Made by a program: the position numbers and the translations under genes. From positions 128,001 through 192,000 of the IMG/VR virus record IMGVR_UViG_3300035670_000009: a stretch of DNA of 64,000 nt; one strand, given 5' to 3'. Below the pieces are notes generated by a model that worked only from the letters and a program-made list of their open reading frames with translations, was not told the origin of the DNA and ran no database searches. Shown piece after piece: positions 48,294-56,871 of the stretch. Source of the DNA: a virus. Taxonomy: Duplodnaviria; Caudoviricetes. The stretch's first letter is position 1. Every line of letters starts with the position of its first letter.

Positions 48294-49103
48294 TCAATTC
48301 TTGGGTACGAGGATGTACGGCTTTCCGTTGATCACAATGGTGCCGCCCAGCTCAACTGAAGTGTCTTTGAACTTGGAATACGGCACCTTACGTTTGCCGT
48401 ACAGCTCCTGAATCTCGCGGACATCGCCGTCCTGTGGTTCAGTAACGTTCGGGTCGTAGTAAGGGGCCATAAGGTTGCCGTTGGCCAGGTGCGGCAGACC
48501 CAACGCATGACCAAGCTCGTGGCAAATCACAGCCACAGCCATATTGAAGTTCCAGTGCTCAGCTTCGTCGTACATCTGGTCAAGCTGAATGCCCTCATGT
48601 ACGCCGCAGGGCAGCTCGCTCCAGGCAAGCGTGCCGCCCTTGCTATCCAGGCCGTGCTTCTGCCCTTTTCCCGATCGCGCCAAAATATTGGCTTTCGTTG
48701 GATCCTCGACGGGCTCGGGCTCGATGTTGCACACGCGCGCCCACTGGCTGAACGCAATATCAAACGCCTGCTTAGCCTGAGCCGTCGTGATGCCGGGCAG
48801 CACAATGTCGGGATGGTAAGTGATCGCCTTGTGCGGCCACTTGCACTCCGTGTCGCCTGCCGAAAAGTTGAAATCGGGCAGGCCGCAACGACGACGTTCA
48901 AGCACATGCGCCGTGGTTTCGTCGACGCGGCCATCCGGATCCAGCCCGTGAAAACGCTGGTACTCGCGAATGGCGCGCGTCAATTCCGCGCCTTTAATCT
49001 GCCGAACCTTTGCCCAGGTTTTAGTACCGAAGTATCCGAACGCGAATAGTTTTCGAAGGATCTCTTCGGTCGGCAGAACGTGATTTGATGGCATCCTTGC
49101 CAT
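48294..49103 (-). CDS. peptidoglycan-binding domain plus M10 (matrixin-like) zinc metalloprotease
   Basis: AIREYQRFHGLDPDGRVDETT (PG-binding 1); RRCGLPD cysteine switch; HELGHALGLPH; Met-turn LMAPYY. Confidence 0.85.
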   Translation of the reverse strand: MARMPSNHVLPTEEILRKLFAFGYFGTKTWAKVRQIKGAELTRAIREYQRFHGLDPDGRVDETTAHVLERRRCGLPDFNFSAGDTECKWPHKAITYHPDIVLPGITTAQAKQAFDIAFSQWARVCNIEPEPVEDPTKANILARSGKGQKHGLDSKGGTLAWSELPCGVHEGIQLDQMYDEAEHWNFNMAVAVICHELGHALGLPHLANGNLMAPYYDPNVTEPQDGDVREIQELYGKRKVPYSKFKDTSVELGGTIVINGKPYILVPKN

Positions 49104-49132
49104 GATAAGTCGCGTCCCTGCGAGAAATGCGG

Positions 49133-49546
49133 TTAGTCGCCGGGCGGCTTATACATTTCTCCCAGCCACAACAGCTCGTCGACGGTTTCGTCGTCGGCTT
49201 CGTCGCTGAGATCGTAAACGGCCTCCACGAGCGGATTCTCTGATTGTAACAGTTCTATTGGGCAGTTGTTGCGCCACAGCTCATTGAGCTTGCGCCGCAA
49301 CCGTACGCTGCGGATTGGGCCAATGTTGCGCAAGTCGCGCATGTCCAAGCGAATTTCGTTGGACGGGCGCTTTTCGCGGCAGTGGATTATGACCTGCACG
49401 ATAATTGAAATGACCGAGATCACCAGGAGCGGATTGAACGCGTAGCCCTGCGGAGCACGAAACGCGATTTCATCTTGAAGTCGGTTTCGAAGCCGCGTGA
49501 GCGCCGGGGAGTTCTCGATCCGCTCCTGGAGAGCTTCGGGCGTCAT
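49133..49546 (-). CDS. hypothetical single-TM protein
   Basis: About 137 aa from MTPEALQE; TM NPLLVISVISIIVQVII. Confidence 0.65.
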   Translation of the reverse strand: MTPEALQERIENSPALTRLRNRLQDEIAFRAPQGYAFNPLLVISVISIIVQVIIHCREKRPSNEIRLDMRDLRNIGPIRSVRLRRKLNELWRNNCPIELLQSENPLVEAVYDLSDEADDETVDELLWLGEMYKPPGD

Positions 49547-49547
49547 T

Positions 49548-49913
49548 TCATTCTTTCTCGGCGCGAATGCGCTCAACTGCGATCGCTTCCATATACCGGT
49601 ACCGCGCGTCGATCATGGCTTCTTTCACGGCAACGCGTGCCGAGATGTACTTCCAGACGAGCGCCGCATTCACAATGATCACCTGCGCCGCGCCGATCAA
49701 CGCAGCAAGGCTTCGGCTAACCGTCTCGGCATCACTGGCGCTAATCCAACCCAGCACCACGCCCACCGCGATGAGATTTGTGACGGCCGAGACGACCATC
49801 GTCCAAAACTCAGGGGTGAACCAATCGGAACCAGCGGGCGCCACCTCGTCGGCAGCCTGTCCCAACTCGCGCAGCTCTTCGCGAATCGACGCAATCGGCT
49901 TCTTTGTCGCCAT
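49548..49913 (-). CDS. two-TM holin-like protein
   Basis: 121 aa; WFTPEFW followed by two TM helices and a charged C-terminus. Confidence 0.45.
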   Translation of the reverse strand: MATKKPIASIREELRELGQAADEVAPAGSDWFTPEFWTMVVSAVTNLIAVGVVLGWISASDAETVSRSLAALIGAAQVIIVNAALVWKYISARVAVKEAMIDARYRYMEAIAVERIRAEKE

Positions 49914-49976
49914 GTTTAATTTTCTCCTAGTTACGTGGCCGGGCTATTCTGCCATCGGTCCGGGGGTCGCGCAAGG

Positions 49977-51011
49977 CTAATACCCGCGGAAAAGTGGCGG
50001 CATAGCCGCATGCATCATCCCGCCCCAAAGACCCAAATCCTGGAGCTTATGTTGTGTTGCAGGAGGCAGCACCGCCAGCGCTGAAAGCGTCCGCCCGGCG
50101 ACGTTAGCCGTCGCCATTCCGACACCGGCCGAGGCAAAGCCCCGGACCACGTCGATCGGGCGAATCATGGGGGACTGCAACCCCGTGCTAATGCCGCTCA
50201 TCAATCCCGTCGCGGCAGCAGCGAGCGGGGGCGGCGTGTGCTGACCAAACGGCCCGTAAGGATCAATCATGCCCTTGTGCACGTCACGCCACAGCGCCGT
50301 GTTGAACTGCGGCACAGAGATTGTCGGCTGATTTATGCCCACGGCGTCAGGAACCATCGGATTAGCTGGATTAAAACCGTAGTTGACGACGTAGCTTTCC
50401 TTTTCGAACGGATACACAACAGGTGTGTCGTTACTGGTTATCAGACTTTTCAAGTAGGGGCGCTTCAGAGCTTGCGCATTGGCGTAGGCGTTCAGCGCGC
50501 CCACTCCCAAGCCAGTTCCGGCACCCAGGAGGCCAAGTGTTTTACTTAACCGGCCGCGGCGCCTAGCTCGCTCTGGAAACAGACGCTCAGCAAGCGCGCC
50601 GGTGCCGTAACCCAGGCCGCCCAGCATCAGCGCCGAAACAATGCCGTTTGAGAGCGGTGTCGGACCGCCCAGCGCAGCGTTGCCCAGCTCGAAGACGTGC
50701 TTTGCGCCAGGGAGCGCCGCCTGCTTGATAAGAATCTCGCGCTCCAGGTTCGGCGCCTGGCAGTTGCGCACGAAACCATAGTCGCCCAGATGCTCTCGGT
50801 AAATCGCGGCGTTTTTCTCAGGGAGCGGCGCCTTTGTCCAGAGCGTAATCGTGTTGCACTCGGCCATCCATGTCGCGACGGCCAGCGGAAGAATATCGGC
50901 AGCCAGCGCCGCTTTCTCGTGCGCAACGCGTGCCCGAGCCGCCGCAGGCAGCAGCTCGGCCACCCGCGCAGGGACCGCCTCCCACGCATAGATATCTTTG
51001 GCTGCCGTCAT
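49977..51011 (-). CDS. Gly-zipper protein with K-x-A motifs, possible internal virion protein
   Basis: 344 aa; EKAA, KQAA; LMLGGLGYGTGA, LLGAGTGLGVGA. Confidence 0.65.
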   Translation of the reverse strand: MTAAKDIYAWEAVPARVAELLPAAARARVAHEKAALAADILPLAVATWMAECNTITLWTKAPLPEKNAAIYREHLGDYGFVRNCQAPNLEREILIKQAALPGAKHVFELGNAALGGPTPLSNGIVSALMLGGLGYGTGALAERLFPERARRRGRLSKTLGLLGAGTGLGVGALNAYANAQALKRPYLKSLITSNDTPVVYPFEKESYVVNYGFNPANPMVPDAVGINQPTISVPQFNTALWRDVHKGMIDPYGPFGQHTPPPLAAAATGLMSGISTGLQSPMIRPIDVVRGFASAGVGMATANVAGRTLSALAVLPPATQHKLQDLGLWGGMMHAAMPPLFRGY

Positions 51012-51017
51012 GGCTGC

Positions 51018-51281
51018 TCACGCAAAAACAGATTTAATGAACTTCCAGGCGCTACGGCACAGAACGTAGACCCAAAGTACCACACCGGATAACGCCAAGA
51101 ACACCATCACAGGAATAGTGACGACCGCCACGCCCAGTTTCTGTTTGTCGATCTGCCGCAGCAAAAACAACGCTTTGAGCCAGGCAGCGCGGGCTGGATT
51201 CGCCACGTCGTCGGGCGCTGGGACTGGCGGCGTCGGGGACGGCTCGTCGGGCTTTTTGGGCTTCCAGGGAAACCAGGGCAT
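51018..51281 (-). CDS. small membrane protein
   Basis: 87 aa; long C-terminal hydrophobic stretch. Confidence 0.6.
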   Translation of the reverse strand: MPWFPWKPKKPDEPSPTPPVPAPDDVANPARAAWLKALFLLRQIDKQKLGVAVVTIPVMVFLALSGVVLWVYVLCRSAWKFIKSVFA

Positions 51282-51283
51282 GT

Positions 51284-52417
51284 TTATTTCCTTCCGGGGG
51301 AGAACTGCGCCAGCACGTCGTCGCCGTAACGAGCGATGACCTGGTCAATGAGGTTGGGGCGCTCCGTCTGGCCGCGAATGGCTTTCAGTGCAAGCTGGTG
51401 CCGATAGCGCGGGTCAAGCTGCGCCCGCCACATTTTGTGATTTCGATCGCTGTCGCGGATGAAGTCGCCCCGACGCTTGGCCTCGGTGAGCTGGCTCTTG
51501 ATGTTCTCGAAAACCGGCTTGCTGGGGTCGTAAGGAATCGGCTTCTGGATAGCGAGCGGGTCAAGCATCTGTCGCCCCTGATCGAGGTAGACGCTGCCGC
51601 CGTCCTTCTCTAGTTGCTGGATTTTTTTGTAGTAGGCCGGTTCTTCGGACAAGTGATCCTTGGCAATTTCTTTGGCGACTTCTGCATTGTTCGTGTGTTC
51701 GCGCTCATGCTTCTTGCCTTCTGCCAAGGCCTCCGGTGGAAACTGCTCATCGGGCACATGATCCGCCTGGCCGCCGGGCAAGACGTCCAGGACTTTTTCA
51801 GCCGCCGCCTTCAGCTCGCCCCGGCTGGTGGCCGAGTCAAACTTGCTAACGTTGTTGTTACCGAGCACCTTCGCGCGTCGGACAGCCACCGTGATGTGGA
51901 ACTGATGATCGCCATTGGGCAGAGCTGACAAACCGTAGCTCTTACGCAAAGCGGCCAACTCTGGGCTGGCGACTTGAATCGCCCAGACGCGGCTGATGCC
52001 GTCGATGTTCTTAGGCGCGAGTTCTTTAACGGGACCAAGGGCGTAGTGAAAATTGTGCCCGCGCTCGTTGATCTTGTTCGCGCCAATTTTGCTGACCTCG
52101 TCAGCGGTCATCACCGAAATGTGCGCATTCAGCAAATCTGGCTTTACGTCTGGAACGTTAAGGGCACCAGCAAGTGGTAATTCAGCGCCTGGAGCAGTCA
52201 TGGCGTCGAATACGCCGCGCACCAGGGCATTTGGGACCGACAGCAACAGCCAGCCGCTTTTAGAGACGTACAGCCGCCCGGCGAGATAGTGATTGGTCGT
52301 CGCCGCGGCACCGGTCTTTGAAAGCCAACCGGCCGCGTTTCCAACGGCATAGGCCGGATGAAGCTTGAAACCGGTCGCGTCCCACGCCAAAGGATCGAGA
52401 ATGGAAAACCCGTCCAT
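51284..52417 (-). CDS. 2H phosphoesterase domain fused to a DUF5661-like domain
   Basis: Two Hx(S/T) motifs, NAHISV and QFHITV; downstream EHT..AKEIAKDHLSEEPAYYKKI. Confidence 0.65.
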   Translation of the reverse strand: MDGFSILDPLAWDATGFKLHPAYAVGNAAGWLSKTGAAATTNHYLAGRLYVSKSGWLLLSVPNALVRGVFDAMTAPGAELPLAGALNVPDVKPDLLNAHISVMTADEVSKIGANKINERGHNFHYALGPVKELAPKNIDGISRVWAIQVASPELAALRKSYGLSALPNGDHQFHITVAVRRAKVLGNNNVSKFDSATSRGELKAAAEKVLDVLPGGQADHVPDEQFPPEALAEGKKHEREHTNNAEVAKEIAKDHLSEEPAYYKKIQQLEKDGGSVYLDQGRQMLDPLAIQKPIPYDPSKPVFENIKSQLTEAKRRGDFIRDSDRNHKMWRAQLDPRYRHQLALKAIRGQTERPNLIDQVIARYGDDVLAQFSPGRK

Positions 52418-52427
52418 GGCCGCTACC

Positions 52428-53099
52428 TCATTTCAACTGCGAGGGCGGAGACACGGACAAATCAGCGGGCTGCGCGGGTTTCTTGACGGCATCCTGCAGC
52501 TCGGCCACCGGCGTAATGAACGCGAAGAACTGTGGCGCGCCGAAGTGGAGAACGCTGCCGACGCTCACCAGGCACATGACCGGCAACTTGTCTTTGCGCA
52601 GCACCGGATAGACCGCGCGGTAATGAATGCCTTCAATGCCGCGATCGCTTTTGGTCCTGGCCCGGTCGAGGCCCTGAAGATGCTTGTCGCGCAAATAGTC
52701 TGGAATAATCTGCGACAGGCCGTGATCAATCAATTCGCGCTCGGTGTAGCCAGTAATCTCCCAGACTGCGTCGTTGGCAAACAAAACGTCGCCTGATCGG
52801 TCACAAACAATTACGGCGTCGGCCGAATAGTTCATTATCTTGATCAGCTCGCTTTCGCGCGCGTTCAGCGCAGCGGCGTAACGCCAAAGCAAAATGGCGC
52901 ACAACGCCGACGCAGCCACAGCCCACCACGCGGCGGCGCTGCGCAGTTTTCCAGCGCGTGGTTCAACCATCATGGCGGCGAACATAGTCATGGCCTGGTT
53001 GATGTGCCGGATTGCGCACCCGCGACGGCGCGAGCGTGACTGGCTACTGCCGCCGCGGTCGACAGCAACGCCAATGAACAGAGCAGCGTCGCCACCCAT
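52428..53099 (-). CDS. membrane-anchored stand-alone PAS domain protein (start uncertain, possibly 52991)
   Basis: TM WWAVAASALCAILLW; PAS signature IMNYSADAVIVCDRSGDVLFANDAVWEITGYTERELI...LSQIIP; no output domain. Confidence 0.75.
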   Translation of the reverse strand: MGGDAALFIGVAVDRGGSSQSRSRRRGCAIRHINQAMTMFAAMMVEPRAGKLRSAAAWWAVAASALCAILLWRYAAALNARESELIKIMNYSADAVIVCDRSGDVLFANDAVWEITGYTERELIDHGLSQIIPDYLRDKHLQGLDRARTKSDRGIEGIHYRAVYPVLRKDKLPVMCLVSVGSVLHFGAPQFFAFITPVAELQDAVKKPAQPADLSVSPPSQLK

Positions 53100-53126
53100 G
53101 CCGCGGCAGCCAATGTGTTTCGCACT

Positions 53127-53465
53127 TTACGATCCGCCATTGTCGTTACTCCTATCGTGCTCGTGCGTGATTTTTACCTTAATGCCCGCGCCGGAAAGAA
53201 CTGACCACACGACATCGGTCACCGCTGAGCCGCTCATACCAGCGAACACGCAAATGCCAATCAGCCCATAAATGTTCTCTGATTCTCGGTAGTGCTGGTA
53301 CCAAAGCAGCGAAATAGCCAAACCCAGGCAGCCCGCATTCAGCATTGCGCTAAACAACCCAAGCCGGGTCATTTTACGAGAAAACCGGAGATATGTGGCC
53401 AGCCCCGCAAACGACGACACTCCGAACGCGCTCAAAAACACCCAGAACGGATGAGTCAAATCCAT
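53127..53465 (-). CDS. three-TM holin-like protein
   Basis: About 112 aa from MDLTHPF (SD AGGA); three Gly-containing TM segments and a hydrophilic C-terminus. Confidence 0.55.
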   Translation of the reverse strand: MDLTHPFWVFLSAFGVSSFAGLATYLRFSRKMTRLGLFSAMLNAGCLGLAISLLWYQHYRESENIYGLIGICVFAGMSGSAVTDVVWSVLSGAGIKVKITHEHDRSNDNGGS

Positions 53466-53474
53466 AAACATCCT

Positions 53475-53860
53475 ACTGGCCCCCGGCGCGCTAATTGTGC
53501 TGCTGATATACCGCAAGCTCCTGGGATCCCCTACCCACAGGTCCGGCCCTGGAAAACCAGGGTTTAGCGGTGACTTACAAAGGCAAATGTTTGCCCCGTG
53601 TGGCATTCACCGCGCCTCCAACCGTGTTCACGCCATGCTCTGACCACGGATCCAGCTACCCCGGCAACTTCCATGTTGCCGAAATAGCGCCTAACCGATC
53701 GGCCACCACGACCAGCTTGCGATATTTGCGCACTTTCGCGCGCAAATACTAATTTATCACGTCGCGACAGGCGGGCGCAAAGCGGGATGTCAAAGAGCAA
53801 ACAACGGCTGACTTATTACAAATAGCGCGAAACGGCAGATTCGACCAGCCCCAAAAAGAG
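53475..53860 (-). ncRNA. candidate structured RNA or long 5-prime leader
   Basis: Largest gene-free gap; hairpins at 53847-53864, 53724-53747 (GAAA tetraloop, G-U on minus), 53662-53681, 53582-53595 and 53547-53562. Confidence 0.4.
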
Positions 53861-53862
53861 GG

Positions 53863-54486
53863 CTATCGTCCAAATCGCGCACGTTGCTCACGCCAAAAAG
53901 CGAGTTTTGCGGTGCGCGGAATATCAGAATCGTCTCCGCGTTGAAAGACCAACGCGCGCGCTTGTCGAACGCCGTACACCTGCCCGCCCACCTGGCGCAC
54001 CAATTGGCTGACGCGCACGTCGACTGGTTCGATGTTTGGTAGCTCGAGAGCCAGCTGACAGCCCCGCAAGTTAATTATGTAGCCATGCGTGCCCCAAATC
54101 GCGCCGACAATGCGCACAACGTATTCGCCCAGCGCAACGTGCGGGGCGCGCGTGGCGTGCAGATGCCATACGTGCCAATCTGCGGGCAGCTCGGCTACGG
54201 CAGCAGCAAAAACGGCGCTGAAATCACTCGCAAACACTACGTCATCTTCAAAAACGGCGACAGCGGGCAACTGTGCATCAATACAGTGCTGCCAGATCTG
54301 CCTGTGACTGTCCAAACAACCAGCCGCTGCGCGATGCAACGTCCGATAGGGCGAGCGTTGATGCGTCACGGCGGGCCAGCGGACAACAGGCAACGCAATG
54401 CGCGCAAACTCGGCCTGTGCCTGCGTCCAACGATCAACTCGCCGATCGAGATTCACGCAAAACGCAGCCAGGTCGCCGATGTTCAT
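53863..54486 (-). CDS. glycosyltransferase family 25
   Basis: About 207 aa from MNIGD (ATGA overlap); VNLDRRVDRW, GCLDSH, VFEDD. Confidence 0.8.
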   Translation of the reverse strand: MNIGDLAAFCVNLDRRVDRWTQAQAEFARIALPVVRWPAVTHQRSPYRTLHRAAAGCLDSHRQIWQHCIDAQLPAVAVFEDDVVFASDFSAVFAAAVAELPADWHVWHLHATRAPHVALGEYVVRIVGAIWGTHGYIINLRGCQLALELPNIEPVDVRVSQLVRQVGGQVYGVRQARALVFQRGDDSDIPRTAKLAFWREQRARFGR

Positions 54487-55784
54487 GTCTTTGTGCGCGG
54501 AAAAAAGGCCGGGTGATGTGCCTGGTGCTGCTTTACCAATTCTCGCGGAGCGTACCGCCGCATTTGGGCAAACACGAACTGCATCGTGCTGTCCTCTGGC
54601 GCCATCGGCGGTTGAAACAAATATTTCACCGCGCACGCCGTCACTTCGTGCCCGACCGCGGCAAGCTGCACGTCATATTCTATTGGCGCGCAGACGGGTT
54701 GCCCACGGTACACGTCCACGACGCGCCCCATAACATCGTAATTAAACACTTCCAATTCCGTGCCGATGTACGTCAACGGATAAAGCGTTGGTCGAAATGG
54801 CTCAAGTTGCGTCGGCATTGCGCAATAGATGTACGGTAAAGTAACGCCCGTTGCGGCGGCAAAAGTGTTAACGCTTTTGCCTGTGCCTTGCAAATCGACA
54901 AACAGACATTTTGGCGTTTGCGCCGCAGCTTGCGCGTAAGCACGAAAAGCCGGAGAAGGATCTTCGTACGTTTGGCGGCTGGCGTAGAACGTGGCCGTGT
55001 CAATGCTCGGGTAAAGGGCGTTGTACACCCGCTGAAGCAGACACGTGTCGCGCGATAAAAACCACAAATGACGATAACCATGTTCGGTTACGTACTGGTG
55101 TAACCGGGCGGCGCATAGCATCAGAAACGGAAGGTTGAATTGCGCTTGTTTGTTCCACACGCTCCAACGCGGATCAGGGCGATAGTACGGATTCTGCAAC
55201 CGCACACAGCGGGAAATACCCACAACGTCCCAGTGCCCCGCGGCATGCAGCATCTTGTCAAACCCGGTAGCTTCACCTCCCCTATAGATAACGGCGGGAA
55301 AACCATAGCGGCGAGCCTGCTCATAATCTGCAAAACGGTTGTCGCCAGTGTGCGCTCGTATTTTGCGCGTTTTACGCCTCAACTCTTTCCAGACCGTTCC
55401 GTGGTGCTTGCCGCCGTAAGTCGCGACGATCTCGACCGGCGGTAAGCCGATGCAATCCGCCAACTGCCGAATTTCCGCCGCGTTGAAATACGTGTCCGTT
55501 ACAACAAGATCGTTCGCAGCAACTCCGGAGACGTTTTCGAGAATCGGAAACGCCAACCGCTGTTCCCATTGCCACTCTTGGTTTTGCAACTCGTTAATGC
55601 GGTGGCTAGACCACCCCGTCATTTGCCGCAACGCCCGGTAGATGTCGTCGAAAGTCTTGTCACTCTTTTGCTCTGCCTGTTGTCGGAGCCGGGAAAATTC
55701 TTCGCCGCCGATTAGCTCGAAGACCCGATATGGCGCGCCGCAGGCACGACCAAGCAGCGTGTCGAAAAAATCCCAGCTTCGCAT
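54483..55784 (-). CDS. HAD-superfamily hydrolase of the type found in glycan clusters
   Basis: WDFFDTLLGR (motif I) and HTGDNRFADY (motif IV). Confidence 0.7.
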   Translation of the reverse strand: MRSWDFFDTLLGRACGAPYRVFELIGGEEFSRLRQQAEQKSDKTFDDIYRALRQMTGWSSHRINELQNQEWQWEQRLAFPILENVSGVAANDLVVTDTYFNAAEIRQLADCIGLPPVEIVATYGGKHHGTVWKELRRKTRKIRAHTGDNRFADYEQARRYGFPAVIYRGGEATGFDKMLHAAGHWDVVGISRCVRLQNPYYRPDPRWSVWNKQAQFNLPFLMLCAARLHQYVTEHGYRHLWFLSRDTCLLQRVYNALYPSIDTATFYASRQTYEDPSPAFRAYAQAAAQTPKCLFVDLQGTGKSVNTFAAATGVTLPYIYCAMPTQLEPFRPTLYPLTYIGTELEVFNYDVMGRVVDVYRGQPVCAPIEYDVQLAAVGHEVTACAVKYLFQPPMAPEDSTMQFVFAQMRRYAPRELVKQHQAHHPAFFPRTKT

Positions 55785-55839
55785 GACGTGGGGTCCTGCA
55801 GCATTTACGTGTGCGGGTTCATTTTAGCGCCCGCGGCGC

Positions 55840-56868
55840 CTACGCTACTGGTCGTAAAACACGCCACACGTCGGCCAGTCGGACCTCGGCGAGCCAGCAG
55901 TCAGTGTCATGGTGGCCAAAAGAAATGAGCAAATTGTCTTGTTTACGCGCCAGTCCGGCAGCGAATTCCACGCTCAAAGGCGTCAAAAAGTGAAAAGGCG
56001 GCGAAACAGCAACCGCGGCCAGCGGATCTCGGCGGTAAAGCACGAAACGGTGCAAATATGCGCGGTGATACCCGTGCCGCCGTTCTTTGGCGTTCGGCAC
56101 GTTAAGCAGCGTCTCGTGCACTACCCCGATCGCGTGTTCTTGGTCGATGTTGACGATTTGCGTGCCGCCGCGCGCGCGGTTTAACACCGCAGGCGTGGCT
56201 GTCGGGGCATCGTAAGTAAATTCTCGGCCGCTTTCGCTAACGCGGCATTGCACTGTAGCGGCGGGACTGTACAGCCAGGCGAGCGCGCCCTCAATCGGCA
56301 TCCAGTTTTTCTCATTCTGTGGGCCGCGGCCGGGCAAAATGCTCAATCGCGTCCAATTGAACGCAGCGTCGAAAAACATCAGACCGATGCGCACCAACAA
56401 CTCGCCGTTATGCGAACACTCCGGCACGTCCGCAAAAGACGCGCTGGCAAACCAATTTCCGCCGACCTGAAACAGTCTGGCATCTTCGGGGCCAAAACTG
56501 GAGAAAAAAGAGGCGGCGGTAGGTCGTTCGAGCGCCTGCACATGTTTGATTTCCGCCAGCTCCAGCCGATCAGTGACGGTTACGATCACCAGCTCTGAGT
56601 GCGTGGGAAATCCCTTTACGACCGGCCAGGAAGCGTACCGCACCGCGCAGCGGTACCCGCCTGCCGGATGCGCGCAAATGCTGGGATTTTTGTAGGTCCA
56701 ACCCGGGTGCCGCGACACAATCTTCATCGGGTAGTAATGGCTGCCCACCAACCGATCGAGACTATCGGCGTGCGCAGCAAGTTCCAGCCGCAACGCGTCC
56801 TGCTCTGGCGCAGTTGCAGGCAGCGCCACGAGACGACGTTCAATCTCGGCGGCAGCGGCGTTCTGCAT
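55840..56868 (-). CDS. five-bladed beta-propeller glycosidase/phosphorylase (GH130/DUF377-like)
   Basis: NPSI, GPEDARL, NEKNWMP, RGGT, VEFAAGL, LLISFG. Confidence 0.6.
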   Translation of the reverse strand: MQNAAAAEIERRLVALPATAPEQDALRLELAAHADSLDRLVGSHYYPMKIVSRHPGWTYKNPSICAHPAGGYRCAVRYASWPVVKGFPTHSELVIVTVTDRLELAEIKHVQALERPTAASFFSSFGPEDARLFQVGGNWFASASFADVPECSHNGELLVRIGLMFFDAAFNWTRLSILPGRGPQNEKNWMPIEGALAWLYSPAATVQCRVSESGREFTYDAPTATPAVLNRARGGTQIVNIDQEHAIGVVHETLLNVPNAKERRHGYHRAYLHRFVLYRRDPLAAVAVSPPFHFLTPLSVEFAAGLARKQDNLLISFGHHDTDCWLAEVRLADVWRVLRPVA

Positions 56869-56871
56869 GAT

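Noticed and set aside
53564-53800. 78-aa ORF and the 5-prime extension of 53127..53606
   Set aside because: No SD, unnatural composition, and they span a hairpin-dense region.
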